From contig CAYOJL010000004.1 of NCBI GenBank assembly GCA_964404235.1, forward strand, positions 1 to 53,907: DNA of 53,907 bases, read 5' to 3'. The DNA comes from an uncultured bacterium. Lineage in GTDB: Bacteria > Fidelibacterota > Marinisomatia > Marinisomatales > UBA1611. Position numbers and translations under genes: made by a program. Every line of letters begins with the position of its first letter. Within the stretch, counting starts at the first letter, position 1. The notes under the pieces are model-generated. The model did not search any database and was not told where the DNA came from. It saw only the letters and a program-made list of their open reading frames with translations. Positions 19,428 through 28,323 of this stretch are shown in pieces.

Positions 19428-22265
19428 TTATTTTAAATAGAATTGATCTTCTTGAGGTGTCAATGGTCTTCCCATCCATAACGGTCGACGCAATCCATTT
19501 GGATGAGTTTCCCTCTTTTTTGCCCATTCATTCCACTTTTTAAAATGCTCGAAGGATCTATTAGTATCAACAAAAATATCACCATATCCTTCATTTGGAC
19601 CAGGTTTTGAGATACTGACCTTTTGTAACCAACAATGAGCTCCGGATATTGGGTCAGGGTTGGCTGCGTGTGTGATATTTTGATGAACACCACCATCTCG
19701 CCACCATATTCTATTCGTGTCCGGATCATTCGTCTGCCAAGATTCAACTCCTTTTATGGTACTCATTTTCCATTTTCCATCGCCTAAGTTCTTTATATCA
19801 ACAGTATTGGTCATAAATCGATTCCCTTCATCCTGCTGTCTTCTCCATCTACCAATATGATGAGAGCATGCAACTACACCAGGCTTGATGGCTTCGGTCA
19901 CCCATACTTTATCAACAAACCACCCTATCTCTGTTTTGACCTTAAGAAGGTCACCGTTATCTACGCCTATTCTTGCAGCATCCTTCGTATGGATCCATAT
20001 TGGATTACGATGAGCGATCTCAGTGAGCCACTTTGCATTGGCTGAGCGAGAATGGATATGGGTTGGTAATCTAAAATTAGGTAATAGAATGCACTCATTT
20101 TTTTCTTTATCCATTTCATCTAGGTGCACATGGCTTTTGATCCTATATCCAGGTGTGGCATGTTCTGGATATCCAAAATCAGACATGGTCTGTGAAAATA
20201 TTTCCTGCCTCTTAGATGGTGTTGGAAATCCCTTATATTTCTCACCATTTACTTCAATACCTACAATATTGTCACCTTTTATAACCTGTCCATTTGGCCT
20301 TACAGTTGTTTCTAGATCATCTATAGGATCTTCATTATTTTTATATACATTATCATCAACAAGAAAGGCTCCATACTTACGCATGTATTCTAATGGTGTC
20401 ATATCTTCCTTTCCTGCTACATCAGTTAAACCTTCCGTATGCTCAAAGATATATTGATAATATTCATCTATATTGATCTTCTCATTATCTCGATAAGGAC
20501 TCATAAAATGTTTTCGTATGCCCAGATCCTCATTTTTATCGATCTGCCAAGATAATTCGATCCAAAATTCATCTTCCTCCCAAACTTCACCAGGGTTAAC
20601 CTCATAAGTGAATTTCACTTCTTTACCATCCCTGCGAGCTTTTTCACGCAATACAGGTTGTCTAAAAGCGATCCAAATACCAGCCTGAGTTTCATAAGAA
20701 TTTATATCATGACGCTCTGAGGCATGCCCCATAGGTAATACGTAATCCGCGAAAAAAGCCGTTTCATTCCAAGTTGGTGTAAGTGCAATATGACATCCCA
20801 CCTTTTCCATATCAGAAAGCATTTCAATCCAAGTAAATCCATCTGGATAGGTCCACACTGGATTAAAAACACGAGTGAAATAAACATCTATTGAACCTCT
20901 ATTATCTTTTAAAAGATGAGGAAGGATCTGACTCATCTCATAGTGTGCTAAGGTGTACTCTTTTGGCCAATTCAATTCATTCCAAGCATCTGGACCGGGA
21001 GGTGAATCAAAAAATTCTGGATGAAATTTATTCCAAGCACTAGGAGATGTTCCTCCCTCTGTACCAACTGAACCAGTTAGTACATTCAACAAATGCAAAG
21101 TACGTGATACTTGCCATCCACCTAGATTACCAATTGATGGTCCTCTCCATACATGTGTAGATAATTTTGAGCCTGCCTTACCGATCAACTTTGCTACACG
21201 AATAATCTGATCTACCTCTATTTGAGCTTCTTTAGCAGCAAATTCTGGTGTATACATTTTCCATTCTTCAGCCAATCGTTTTATGAATTGATCGAATTCA
21301 ACTGGATCGGAAGGATGAAGGTTCTTTAAATAGTCATCCCAGTTTACCCAGTTTTCCAAATAATCCCTGTCATATAATTCCTCATCCAAAATGATCTTCG
21401 CGATCGCCATGTACACAGCGGGTTCACTACCAGGATATGTAGGCATCCACTCATCTGCCATAGAAGCAGTATTTGAAAGTCGAGGATCCATGACAATAAG
21501 CTTTGCACCTTTCATCATCCCTTCCATTATCCGTTGTGCATGGGGATTGAAATAATGGCCTGTTTCAAGATGCGATGATGCTAAAAGGATCACTTCTGCA
21601 TTGGTATGATCTGGACTTGGTCGATCGTATTTATGCCAGAGTGCATATCCGGTTCGTGCACCGGCAGAACAAATATTAGTGTGGGAATTATGCCCATCAA
21701 CTCCCCAAGCTTTTAAAACTCGTTCAGCATAACCTTCATGTCCTGGTCTTCCCACATGATATACTACACCATCTTTTCTTTTACGGATAGATGATGCTAT
21801 CTTTTCAGATATTTCTTCTAATGCTTTATCCCAGCTAATGCGTTCCCATTTACCTTCACCTCTCTTGCCAACACGTTTAAGAGGATACAATATCCGTTCT
21901 GTATCGTTGATCTGATTAATAGTGGCAGGGCCCTTCGCACAATTACGTCCCCTACTTCCGGGATGATGAGGATTCCCTTCAAATTTACGTAGTTTATCTG
22001 TCTCTTTATCAATATAGGCCAATAATCCACATGCGGATTCACAATTAAAACAAGTAGTAGGAACAATAGAATAGTGGCGATCTTTTTTTTCAGGCCAAGC
22101 TAAAGGATCTAATTCCACAAAGTCATTCCACTCGCTTGGATCAGGATATTTATAGAGCTCTCTTGGACCACTCATAGCGAATTCTTCAGACCAATCAGGT
22201 CGGTCCGATATTTTAGGTATCAATCCTAATGATTCGGAGAATGTTTCTATCCAAGATCTCTTCAT
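19428..22265 (-). CDS. Molybdopterin (bis-MGD, DMSO-reductase family) oxidoreductase catalytic subunit with no Tat signal
   Basis: CFNCESACG-x28-C FeS0 motif (C-x2-C-x3-C-x29-C), about 945 aa, and HTNICSAG as a possible Cys Mo-ligand. The N-terminus MKRSWIETFSE lacks a twin-arginine motif. ATG is at 22265 and an alternative TTG at 22271. Either start abuts or overlaps the upstream stop. Confidence 0.9.
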   Translation of the reverse strand: MKRSWIETFSESLGLIPKISDRPDWSEEFAMSGPRELYKYPDPSEWNDFVELDPLAWPEKKDRHYSIVPTTCFNCESACGLLAYIDKETDKLRKFEGNPHHPGSRGRNCAKGPATINQINDTERILYPLKRVGKRGEGKWERISWDKALEEISEKIASSIRKRKDGVVYHVGRPGHEGYAERVLKAWGVDGHNSHTNICSAGARTGYALWHKYDRPSPDHTNAEVILLASSHLETGHYFNPHAQRIMEGMMKGAKLIVMDPRLSNTASMADEWMPTYPGSEPAVYMAIAKIILDEELYDRDYLENWVNWDDYLKNLHPSDPVEFDQFIKRLAEEWKMYTPEFAAKEAQIEVDQIIRVAKLIGKAGSKLSTHVWRGPSIGNLGGWQVSRTLHLLNVLTGSVGTEGGTSPSAWNKFHPEFFDSPPGPDAWNELNWPKEYTLAHYEMSQILPHLLKDNRGSIDVYFTRVFNPVWTYPDGFTWIEMLSDMEKVGCHIALTPTWNETAFFADYVLPMGHASERHDINSYETQAGIWIAFRQPVLREKARRDGKEVKFTYEVNPGEVWEEDEFWIELSWQIDKNEDLGIRKHFMSPYRDNEKINIDEYYQYIFEHTEGLTDVAGKEDMTPLEYMRKYGAFLVDDNVYKNNEDPIDDLETTVRPNGQVIKGDNIVGIEVNGEKYKGFPTPSKRQEIFSQTMSDFGYPEHATPGYRIKSHVHLDEMDKEKNECILLPNFRLPTHIHSRSANAKWLTEIAHRNPIWIHTKDAARIGVDNGDLLKVKTEIGWFVDKVWVTEAIKPGVVACSHHIGRWRRQQDEGNRFMTNTVDIKNLGDGKWKMSTIKGVESWQTNDPDTNRIWWRDGGVHQNITHAANPDPISGAHCWLQKVSISKPGPNEGYGDIFVDTNRSFEHFKKWNEWAKKRETHPNGLRRPLWMGRPLTPQEDQFYLK

Positions 22266-22267
22266 GA

Positions 22268-23875
22268 TCAACTTAAAGGTATCATTTGTGGTACTCTTAT
22301 ACGCACAAACTCTGTTAAAAAAATTCCGATCAGTGCCATAACACCTGCTACGAGTTCATGGCCTGTACTTACAGTTAAGATCAAAAAAGGCAGTAGACTT
22401 CCTAGAACAACACCAGGCCAAAAATATCTCGAATAATAGCCATTTGTCATCATCTGTATTGCTTTTTTACTGTCTGGAGTATCGTGAGGTATGAATACCT
22501 CTTTTAGAATAATAAATACATTTAATAAAATGGAGAAATATAGTATGCTTCTCATTATGCTCGTTGACCCTGTGTCGATCATGATCATAATTACCGATCC
22601 TGCAATAATTGCATGAACCAACATATGTATTGCACCTATCCATGGCGTTTGCCAGAGATCTCGTCCCCTTGCTTGATTAAAAAGGAATGCTGTATAGATC
22701 GCTCCGAGAACAGCAAAGACTGCCCCGATACTCCATGCCCATTTAAGTCCAAGATCAAAATAATGATCGATCAGTAGTAAAACTACCATTCCTCCAAAGA
22801 TCGTAATGATGTATGCACCTCGCACCAACCATGATCTCCATTGAGGGCGCAATAGAACATACAAGAATCGGTCTGGCCTATCTAGATCTTTGACCAATAA
22901 TGCCCCTGTTAGGCCCATAAAGATCAAAGATGTATATAACCCACTTATTTCAACGGTACGATCTAAAGGGCCATTCATGAACTGATAGATGGCCATCATT
23001 AAGAATGTTCCCGTTGCAATTGCTTTTGTCCATACATAGGATGTGACCTCCCAACCCCAAAGCACACCCTTACTTGGAGAATCATATACTCTACGCGCTT
23101 TATTTTCATCCACATCTTGCTGTATCTCTTTTGCAACTTGATCGATAGACCGTTGGTCAATAGGGTTCCCACTACGAGCAGAGTTTTCCATTGCGAGTTG
23201 TATTAATAAATTCTCTGTATCTGATTCATTTACTCGGTTATCAGCATATTTTGCATAATGCCCTACTCCCTTTGACTGCTCTGACCAAACATATTCCCAA
23301 TCTGCCTCGGTTTGATTTGGGTCTAACATTTCATTTGTACCATTTATATAGTAAAGATTAGGCTGTGTCATTTTCTCTGGCTTTCTGGCCATAACATTTT
23401 CGTTGGCTAATAGATCAGAGATCTTTGAATTATTATCATCCATATCTCCAGATATGATCGCCTCTACTGGACAGACTATTACACATGCTGGTTCATATCC
23501 ACCATCAAGGCGATGGGCACAGTAATTGCACTTTGCGGCCGTATTTGTATCTGGATCAATATAAAGTGCATCATATGGACAGGCTTGCATACATGATTTG
23601 CATCCAATACATCGGTCATTATCAAAATCTACAATACCATCAGAACGTGTGAACAGGGCAGTAGTCGGACATATCTCTACACATGGTGCATTTGCACAAT
23701 GATTACAACGATGGACCGAAAATTCTCTGCTACTATTTGGGAATATGCCCTTTTCAATATATTTTACATGGGTACGGTTCACACCAATAGGTACATCATG
23801 CTCACTTTTGCAAGCAACGGTGCAGGCATGACAGCCAATACACAAACGATTATCTATAATGAATCCGTAATTCAT
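22268..23875 (-). CDS. Fusion protein: 4x[4Fe-4S] ferredoxin-type (PsrB/DmsB/SoeB-like) domain plus NrfD/PsrC-like 8-TM quinone-interacting membrane domain
   Basis: Four Cys clusters: CIGCHACTVAC, CNHCANAPCVEICP, CIGCKSCMQACP and CNYCAH...CVIVCP. An acidic linker and 8 hydrophobic helices follow, beginning WGWEVTSYVW. The start is placed at MNYGFIIDNRLCIGC (23875), because the longer ORF to 23953 would leave 2 nt before divergent mobA. Confidence 0.85.
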   Translation of the reverse strand: MNYGFIIDNRLCIGCHACTVACKSEHDVPIGVNRTHVKYIEKGIFPNSSREFSVHRCNHCANAPCVEICPTTALFTRSDGIVDFDNDRCIGCKSCMQACPYDALYIDPDTNTAAKCNYCAHRLDGGYEPACVIVCPVEAIISGDMDDNNSKISDLLANENVMARKPEKMTQPNLYYINGTNEMLDPNQTEADWEYVWSEQSKGVGHYAKYADNRVNESDTENLLIQLAMENSARSGNPIDQRSIDQVAKEIQQDVDENKARRVYDSPSKGVLWGWEVTSYVWTKAIATGTFLMMAIYQFMNGPLDRTVEISGLYTSLIFMGLTGALLVKDLDRPDRFLYVLLRPQWRSWLVRGAYIITIFGGMVVLLLIDHYFDLGLKWAWSIGAVFAVLGAIYTAFLFNQARGRDLWQTPWIGAIHMLVHAIIAGSVIMIMIDTGSTSIMRSILYFSILLNVFIILKEVFIPHDTPDSKKAIQMMTNGYYSRYFWPGVVLGSLLPFLILTVSTGHELVAGVMALIGIFLTEFVRIRVPQMIPLS

Positions 23876-23955
23876 AAAATCAGGGTCAAAGAAAGCCTTT
23901 GAAAATAATAAATCAAATGATATGTAATTAATCTTTCTAGTATGGAAATTCAAAT

Positions 23956-24534
23956 ATGATACCTGCTACAGCTTTTATATTGATTGGCGGAGTTAGTCAA
24001 CGCTTTGGCACACCCAAATGGCAAGCAATTATTGATGGGGAAACCGTTCTTGATCGTATATGGAACTCATGTGATAAGTTTCAAGAAAGATATATTATTG
24101 GTAAAAATCAACATAGAGACAAAAAAAAACCTTTCCTAATGGATGAGCTAGATATAGAAGCACCGATCAATGGTCTATATACTGCTCTTGTTCATACCAC
24201 TAGTGATTGGATATTATTGCTTTCTTGTGATCTTCCATTAATGGATCAAGATACTATTGCTCATTTATGGTCTTATGTAAAATCAGGAAAAGAGATCATT
24301 GTACCAGAGATAAATGGAGAATTACAACCTACTTGTGCACTCTATAATAAAAGACTTAAAGACCCCGTCTTTGAACAAATAAACAATAACAGATTGAGTT
24401 TAAAAGAATTAATCAGTAAAGTGGATTATCATTCGATCGATCTAAATGAACGATCTGATTATTTTCTAAATATGAATACAAAAAGTGATATGAGCAGAGC
24501 AGAAAAAATATTAAGCTCAAAAAGTTCCAAGTAA
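23956..24534 (+). CDS. mobA: Molybdenum cofactor guanylyltransferase
   Basis: The N-terminal motif LIGGVSQRFGTPKW is typical of MobA-like NTP transferases, and the length is about 190 aa. Confidence 0.85.
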   Translation: MIPATAFILIGGVSQRFGTPKWQAIIDGETVLDRIWNSCDKFQERYIIGKNQHRDKKKPFLMDELDIEAPINGLYTALVHTTSDWILLLSCDLPLMDQDTIAHLWSYVKSGKEIIVPEINGELQPTCALYNKRLKDPVFEQINNNRLSLKELISKVDYHSIDLNERSDYFLNMNTKSDMSRAEKILSSKSSK

Positions 24535-24549
24535 ATCATTATCATAATT

Positions 24550-25071
24550 ATGTTAAATGCAGTTATAGATAAACTGAAAGAATTTTCAAAAGAAGACTTT
24601 CCAGTTCCGGAAGTGTCATCCTATTTACTTGATCTGAATATCGATCAGAAAGAACTGAAAAAATATTTATTACGTGAAAATGATCACTATACCAGAAATC
24701 TAATTCATAGAGATAGTGATTTTGAAATAATGATTATTTGCTGGCCACCAAATACTGCGGCACCGATCCATGGACATGAAGGTGAAAAATGTTGGGCTAG
24801 AGTTCAAGATGGAAATCTTCAAATATGCAATTATGAAGAGATCTCTTCCAAGCCACTAAAATTAAATATGGTACAAGAATTATCATGTGCACCAGGATTT
24901 TTAGATGGCCCAGCTGATATACATTCTGTAGAAAATATAACTGAAGAATTTGCAACCAGCCTGCATGTATATGCCAAACCATATGATGCATGCGATATAT
25001 ATGATATTGAAAAAGGAACGATCGATCGAATAAAACTAAGCTATCATAGTATTGATGGCATTCTATGTTGA
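24550..25071 (+). CDS. Cysteine dioxygenase type I (cupin), Arg-type
   Basis: It aligns without gaps to mammalian CDO blocks: YTRNL, IMIICW, PIHGH, EKCW, DIHSVEN and SLHVYAKPYDAC. Confidence 0.85.
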   Translation: MLNAVIDKLKEFSKEDFPVPEVSSYLLDLNIDQKELKKYLLRENDHYTRNLIHRDSDFEIMIICWPPNTAAPIHGHEGEKCWARVQDGNLQICNYEEISSKPLKLNMVQELSCAPGFLDGPADIHSVENITEEFATSLHVYAKPYDACDIYDIEKGTIDRIKLSYHSIDGILC

Positions 25072-25076
25072 TAGCA

Positions 25077-25514
25077 CTACAGATCTAATTTAGCAATTCT
25101 GCGCTCGTGTCTGCCCCCTTCGAATGGTTCTTCAAACCATAGCTCGATGATCTTATATATCTCTTCCTCTGACATGAACCGTGCTCCCAAAGATAAAATA
25201 TTTGCGTTGTTATGCTCCCGTGATAATTTAATTATCTCTTCCGGACCATTATAAAAAACCGCAGCCCTTACTCCTTTCACTCTATTTGCTGCCATTGCCT
25301 CACCTTGGCCCGACCCACCAAGTATTATTCCTCGACTAGATGAATCTGCTGCTACAGCACGAGCACAAGGAAAAATAAAATCTGGATAGTCATCTAAGGC
25401 ATCATATTCATGTGCACCATGGTCTGTGACATCATATCCTTTGCCCAAAAGAAATTCTTTTATAGTATTCTTTAACTCAAGACCTGCATGATCAGTCGCT
25501 AAATGTATTTTCAT
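25077..25514 (-). CDS. rpiB: Ribose-5-phosphate isomerase B
   Basis: MKIHLATDHAGLELK...GGSGQGEAMAANR is typical of RpiB/LacAB. Confidence 0.93.
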   Translation of the reverse strand: MKIHLATDHAGLELKNTIKEFLLGKGYDVTDHGAHEYDALDDYPDFIFPCARAVAADSSSRGIILGGSGQGEAMAANRVKGVRAAVFYNGPEEIIKLSREHNNANILSLGARFMSEEEIYKIIELWFEEPFEGGRHERRIAKLDL

Positions 25515-27538
25515 AGCAAAGTGTCCAAATGAGATCTTATTTTTTCTTCTACTTTTTCTGCTGTGAAACCAAATTCATTTGCTAGGTCTTTTCCAGGAGC
25601 AGATGCACCGTAATGATCAAGTCCAATTGCTAGTCCATTAAGACCTGAATATTTTTCCCATCCAGCTGTGATGCCTGCTTCAATTGTTATCTTCAAGCAA
25701 CCACGCTTTGGTATAAGCTTATTTTTATAATCGTCAGATTGTTTATTAAATATTTCCATACAAGGCATACTAATTATTCGAATTTTTTTATCGGACATTA
25801 ATTCTGCTGTGTCAATTGCCAACGATACCTCTGAGCCTGTTGCAATGAATATAAGCTCAGGACTATTGTCACAATCCTTTACGATATAAGCTCCTTTTCG
25901 TACATTAGCTTCTAGGTCTTTATAATCTTGATCCAGAACAGGCACACCTTGCCTTGTTAAAAGTAATGCACTAGGACTATTTTTATTCTCCATCGCCAGT
26001 CTAAAACAAACGGCTGTCTCTTTAGCATCAGCAGGACGAAAAACATTAAGATCAGGTATGGTCCTTAATGCCATAGCATGCTCAATGGGCTGATGAGTGG
26101 GACCATCCTCTCCTACAAAGAACGAGTCGTGTGTAAACTCATGTATGACCCTTACTTTCTGTATTGCTCCTAGACGAAGTGCTGGACGTTCATAATCAGC
26201 AAATACTAAAAAGGTACCTCCAAAAGGTATGATGCCTCCATGTAATGCCATACCATTCATCATTCCAGCCATAGGAAACTCACGGACTCCAAAAGGGATA
26301 TTACGACCTGACTGATCAGCCACACTAAAGTCCAAATATGTTTTAGCGAAATTACCTGTATAATTAGATGGCTCAAGATCCGCAGAACCTCCAATCAGAT
26401 TTGGAAGATCTTTCGCAAATTTATCGAGTGTAGCACCAAATGCTTTCCTGGTTGCCAGTGATTCACCACCATTGAAATTTGGATAAGTGGTCTCTGGCAA
26501 TTCATTATCTAAACAGATAGATAATAAAGGTCTTATCTTATCGTTTGTATCAAAATGCGAGCGATCCTTTTTCCATTGTTCAGCTGCATTCTCAAGTTCA
26601 GGAAACCTTTCTTGAAAATATTCTTTAACTTCTATTGGATAATAAAATTTATCAGGTGGTAGACCGAGCTTATCTTTTGTTCTATCTATTTCCTCTTGTG
26701 GTAATGGAGCTCCATGAGTGTTGTGGTCTCCTTCCATATTCGCTGTACCCTTTGCCATAATGGTCTTACCAATAATAATACTAGGTCTATCACTTTTTTT
26801 TGCACTTAAGATCGCATCATTGAGCTGATCATGATCATGGCCATCTATCTGTTGGACATGCCATTTAAATCCTTCAAATACAATTGCATAATCGGTTGAG
26901 TCAGAGCGATTTGTATTACCAGAGATCTGTGCTTCATTAGCATCATAAAATACTATCAGCTTGGATAGTCCTAAATGACCTGCAAGAGATGCAGAGCCTA
27001 ATGCTACTGGCTCCTGAAGATCGCCATCACTAGCAAGAACATATGTAAAATGATCCACCAACCCACTAGCTTCTTGATCGGTCGAAATAAATAGATTTCG
27101 TAAATATGCTTCAGCGTGTGCCATGCCAGTCCCCATCGCAAAGCCCTGACCAAGGGGACCAGTTGTACATTCTACACCAGTGATCTCTACCTCTGGATGC
27201 CCTGGGGTTTTACTATGTAACTGCCGAAAATTCTTTATATCATCAAGATCAAGCCAACCAATAAATAATAATAATGAATACTGCAGCATTGACATATGTC
27301 CACCTGACAGAATGAATCGGTCTCGGTCGAACCACTCCGGGTCTTTTGGATCAAAATTCAAATGATAACGATATAATAAATAGGCGAAATCTGCACACGA
27401 CATTGGGCCACCTGGATGTCCACTATTTGCTTGTCTTGTTGCATCCATGACCAAGCCTTTCATCACAGAGATAGTATACTGATCTTTTTCTTCTTTTGAC
27501 CAATTTGAAAAATTGGCCATATCTTTATAGGATTTCAT
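25511..27538 (-). CDS. tkt: Transketolase
   Basis: SGHPGGPMS and GDGDLQEP-like (SDGDLQEP) ThDP motifs. 675 aa. Confidence 0.97.
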   Translation of the reverse strand: MKSYKDMANFSNWSKEEKDQYTISVMKGLVMDATRQANSGHPGGPMSCADFAYLLYRYHLNFDPKDPEWFDRDRFILSGGHMSMLQYSLLLFIGWLDLDDIKNFRQLHSKTPGHPEVEITGVECTTGPLGQGFAMGTGMAHAEAYLRNLFISTDQEASGLVDHFTYVLASDGDLQEPVALGSASLAGHLGLSKLIVFYDANEAQISGNTNRSDSTDYAIVFEGFKWHVQQIDGHDHDQLNDAILSAKKSDRPSIIIGKTIMAKGTANMEGDHNTHGAPLPQEEIDRTKDKLGLPPDKFYYPIEVKEYFQERFPELENAAEQWKKDRSHFDTNDKIRPLLSICLDNELPETTYPNFNGGESLATRKAFGATLDKFAKDLPNLIGGSADLEPSNYTGNFAKTYLDFSVADQSGRNIPFGVREFPMAGMMNGMALHGGIIPFGGTFLVFADYERPALRLGAIQKVRVIHEFTHDSFFVGEDGPTHQPIEHAMALRTIPDLNVFRPADAKETAVCFRLAMENKNSPSALLLTRQGVPVLDQDYKDLEANVRKGAYIVKDCDNSPELIFIATGSEVSLAIDTAELMSDKKIRIISMPCMEIFNKQSDDYKNKLIPKRGCLKITIEAGITAGWEKYSGLNGLAIGLDHYGASAPGKDLANEFGFTAEKVEEKIRSHLDTLL

Positions 27539-27626
27539 AAATGCGGTATTTATTAATGGATCTTTAAGATCAAATAACTTGAATCAATATAATATTGAAG
27601 AATTAAGGTATTGGATTTTAATTCAG

Positions 27627-28295
27627 TTATTGTGTGGAAAGTTGATAAAAATCTTTGATAGTATCAATTGGGGAATCAGACTTAAAAACTTCTGAACCCG
27701 CAACCAAGACATCTGCACCAGCATCCATGACCTGCTTTGCATTATGCAATTTTATACCTCCATCCACTTCAATAAGAACACGGTCTAAACAATTCTCTTT
27801 TAAAAAAGATCTTATCTGTTTTATACGTTCATTTGATCCGGGTAAATATCCTTGACCTCCAAAACCTGGTTCAACACTCATCACCAATACAACATCAACC
27901 TTATCTAGTATAGGGAAGATATCTTCTAAGGGGGTTTTTGGTTTAATAGATACACCAACCTTACTACCACAAGACCTTATGAGATCAATGATCCCATCTG
28001 GATCATTGGTAGCTTCTATATGAAATGTAATATTGTCAGCACCAGCCTTTGCAAAAGGTTCAACCAATTCTTCAGGATCAATTACCATCATATGTACATC
28101 TAAAAATTTTTCTGTGATAGGACGTATTGATTTGACCACGGGTGGCCCAATGGTCAGATTAGGCACAAACTGATTATCCATCACATCAACATGAATCCAA
28201 TGTGCACCTCCTGCATTACATATATCTAGAGCTGACCTTAGATCAGAGAAATCTGCAGATAAAATTGACGGTGCTAGTTTAAATCCTGATTGCAT
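27627..28295 (-). CDS. rpe: Ribulose-phosphate 3-epimerase
   Basis: APSILSADF...HVDVMDNQFVPN...MSVEPGFGGQ. Confidence 0.95.
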   Translation of the reverse strand: MQSGFKLAPSILSADFSDLRSALDICNAGGAHWIHVDVMDNQFVPNLTIGPPVVKSIRPITEKFLDVHMMVIDPEELVEPFAKAGADNITFHIEATNDPDGIIDLIRSCGSKVGVSIKPKTPLEDIFPILDKVDVVLVMSVEPGFGGQGYLPGSNERIKQIRSFLKENCLDRVLIEVDGGIKLHNAKQVMDAGADVLVAGSEVFKSDSPIDTIKDFYQLSTQ

Positions 28296-28323
28296 TTCTA
28301 TACTATGAACTTATTAATAAATG

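Noticed and set aside
23820-23845. CIGCH in the FeS subunit read as a c-type haem-binding CXXCH motif (tempting given the adjacent ccsBA genes)
   Set aside because: It is part of a standard CxxCxxCxxxC [4Fe-4S] motif in a cytoplasmic domain without a signal peptide.
23876-23953. N-terminal extension of the FeS/NrfD fusion ORF (MNFHTRKINYISFDLLFSKAFFDPDF)
   Set aside because: It would leave only 2 nt before the divergent mobA start, with no room for promoters. The internal Met gives the canonical M-x-YG-x-IID-x-x-x-CIGC start of this ferredoxin family.
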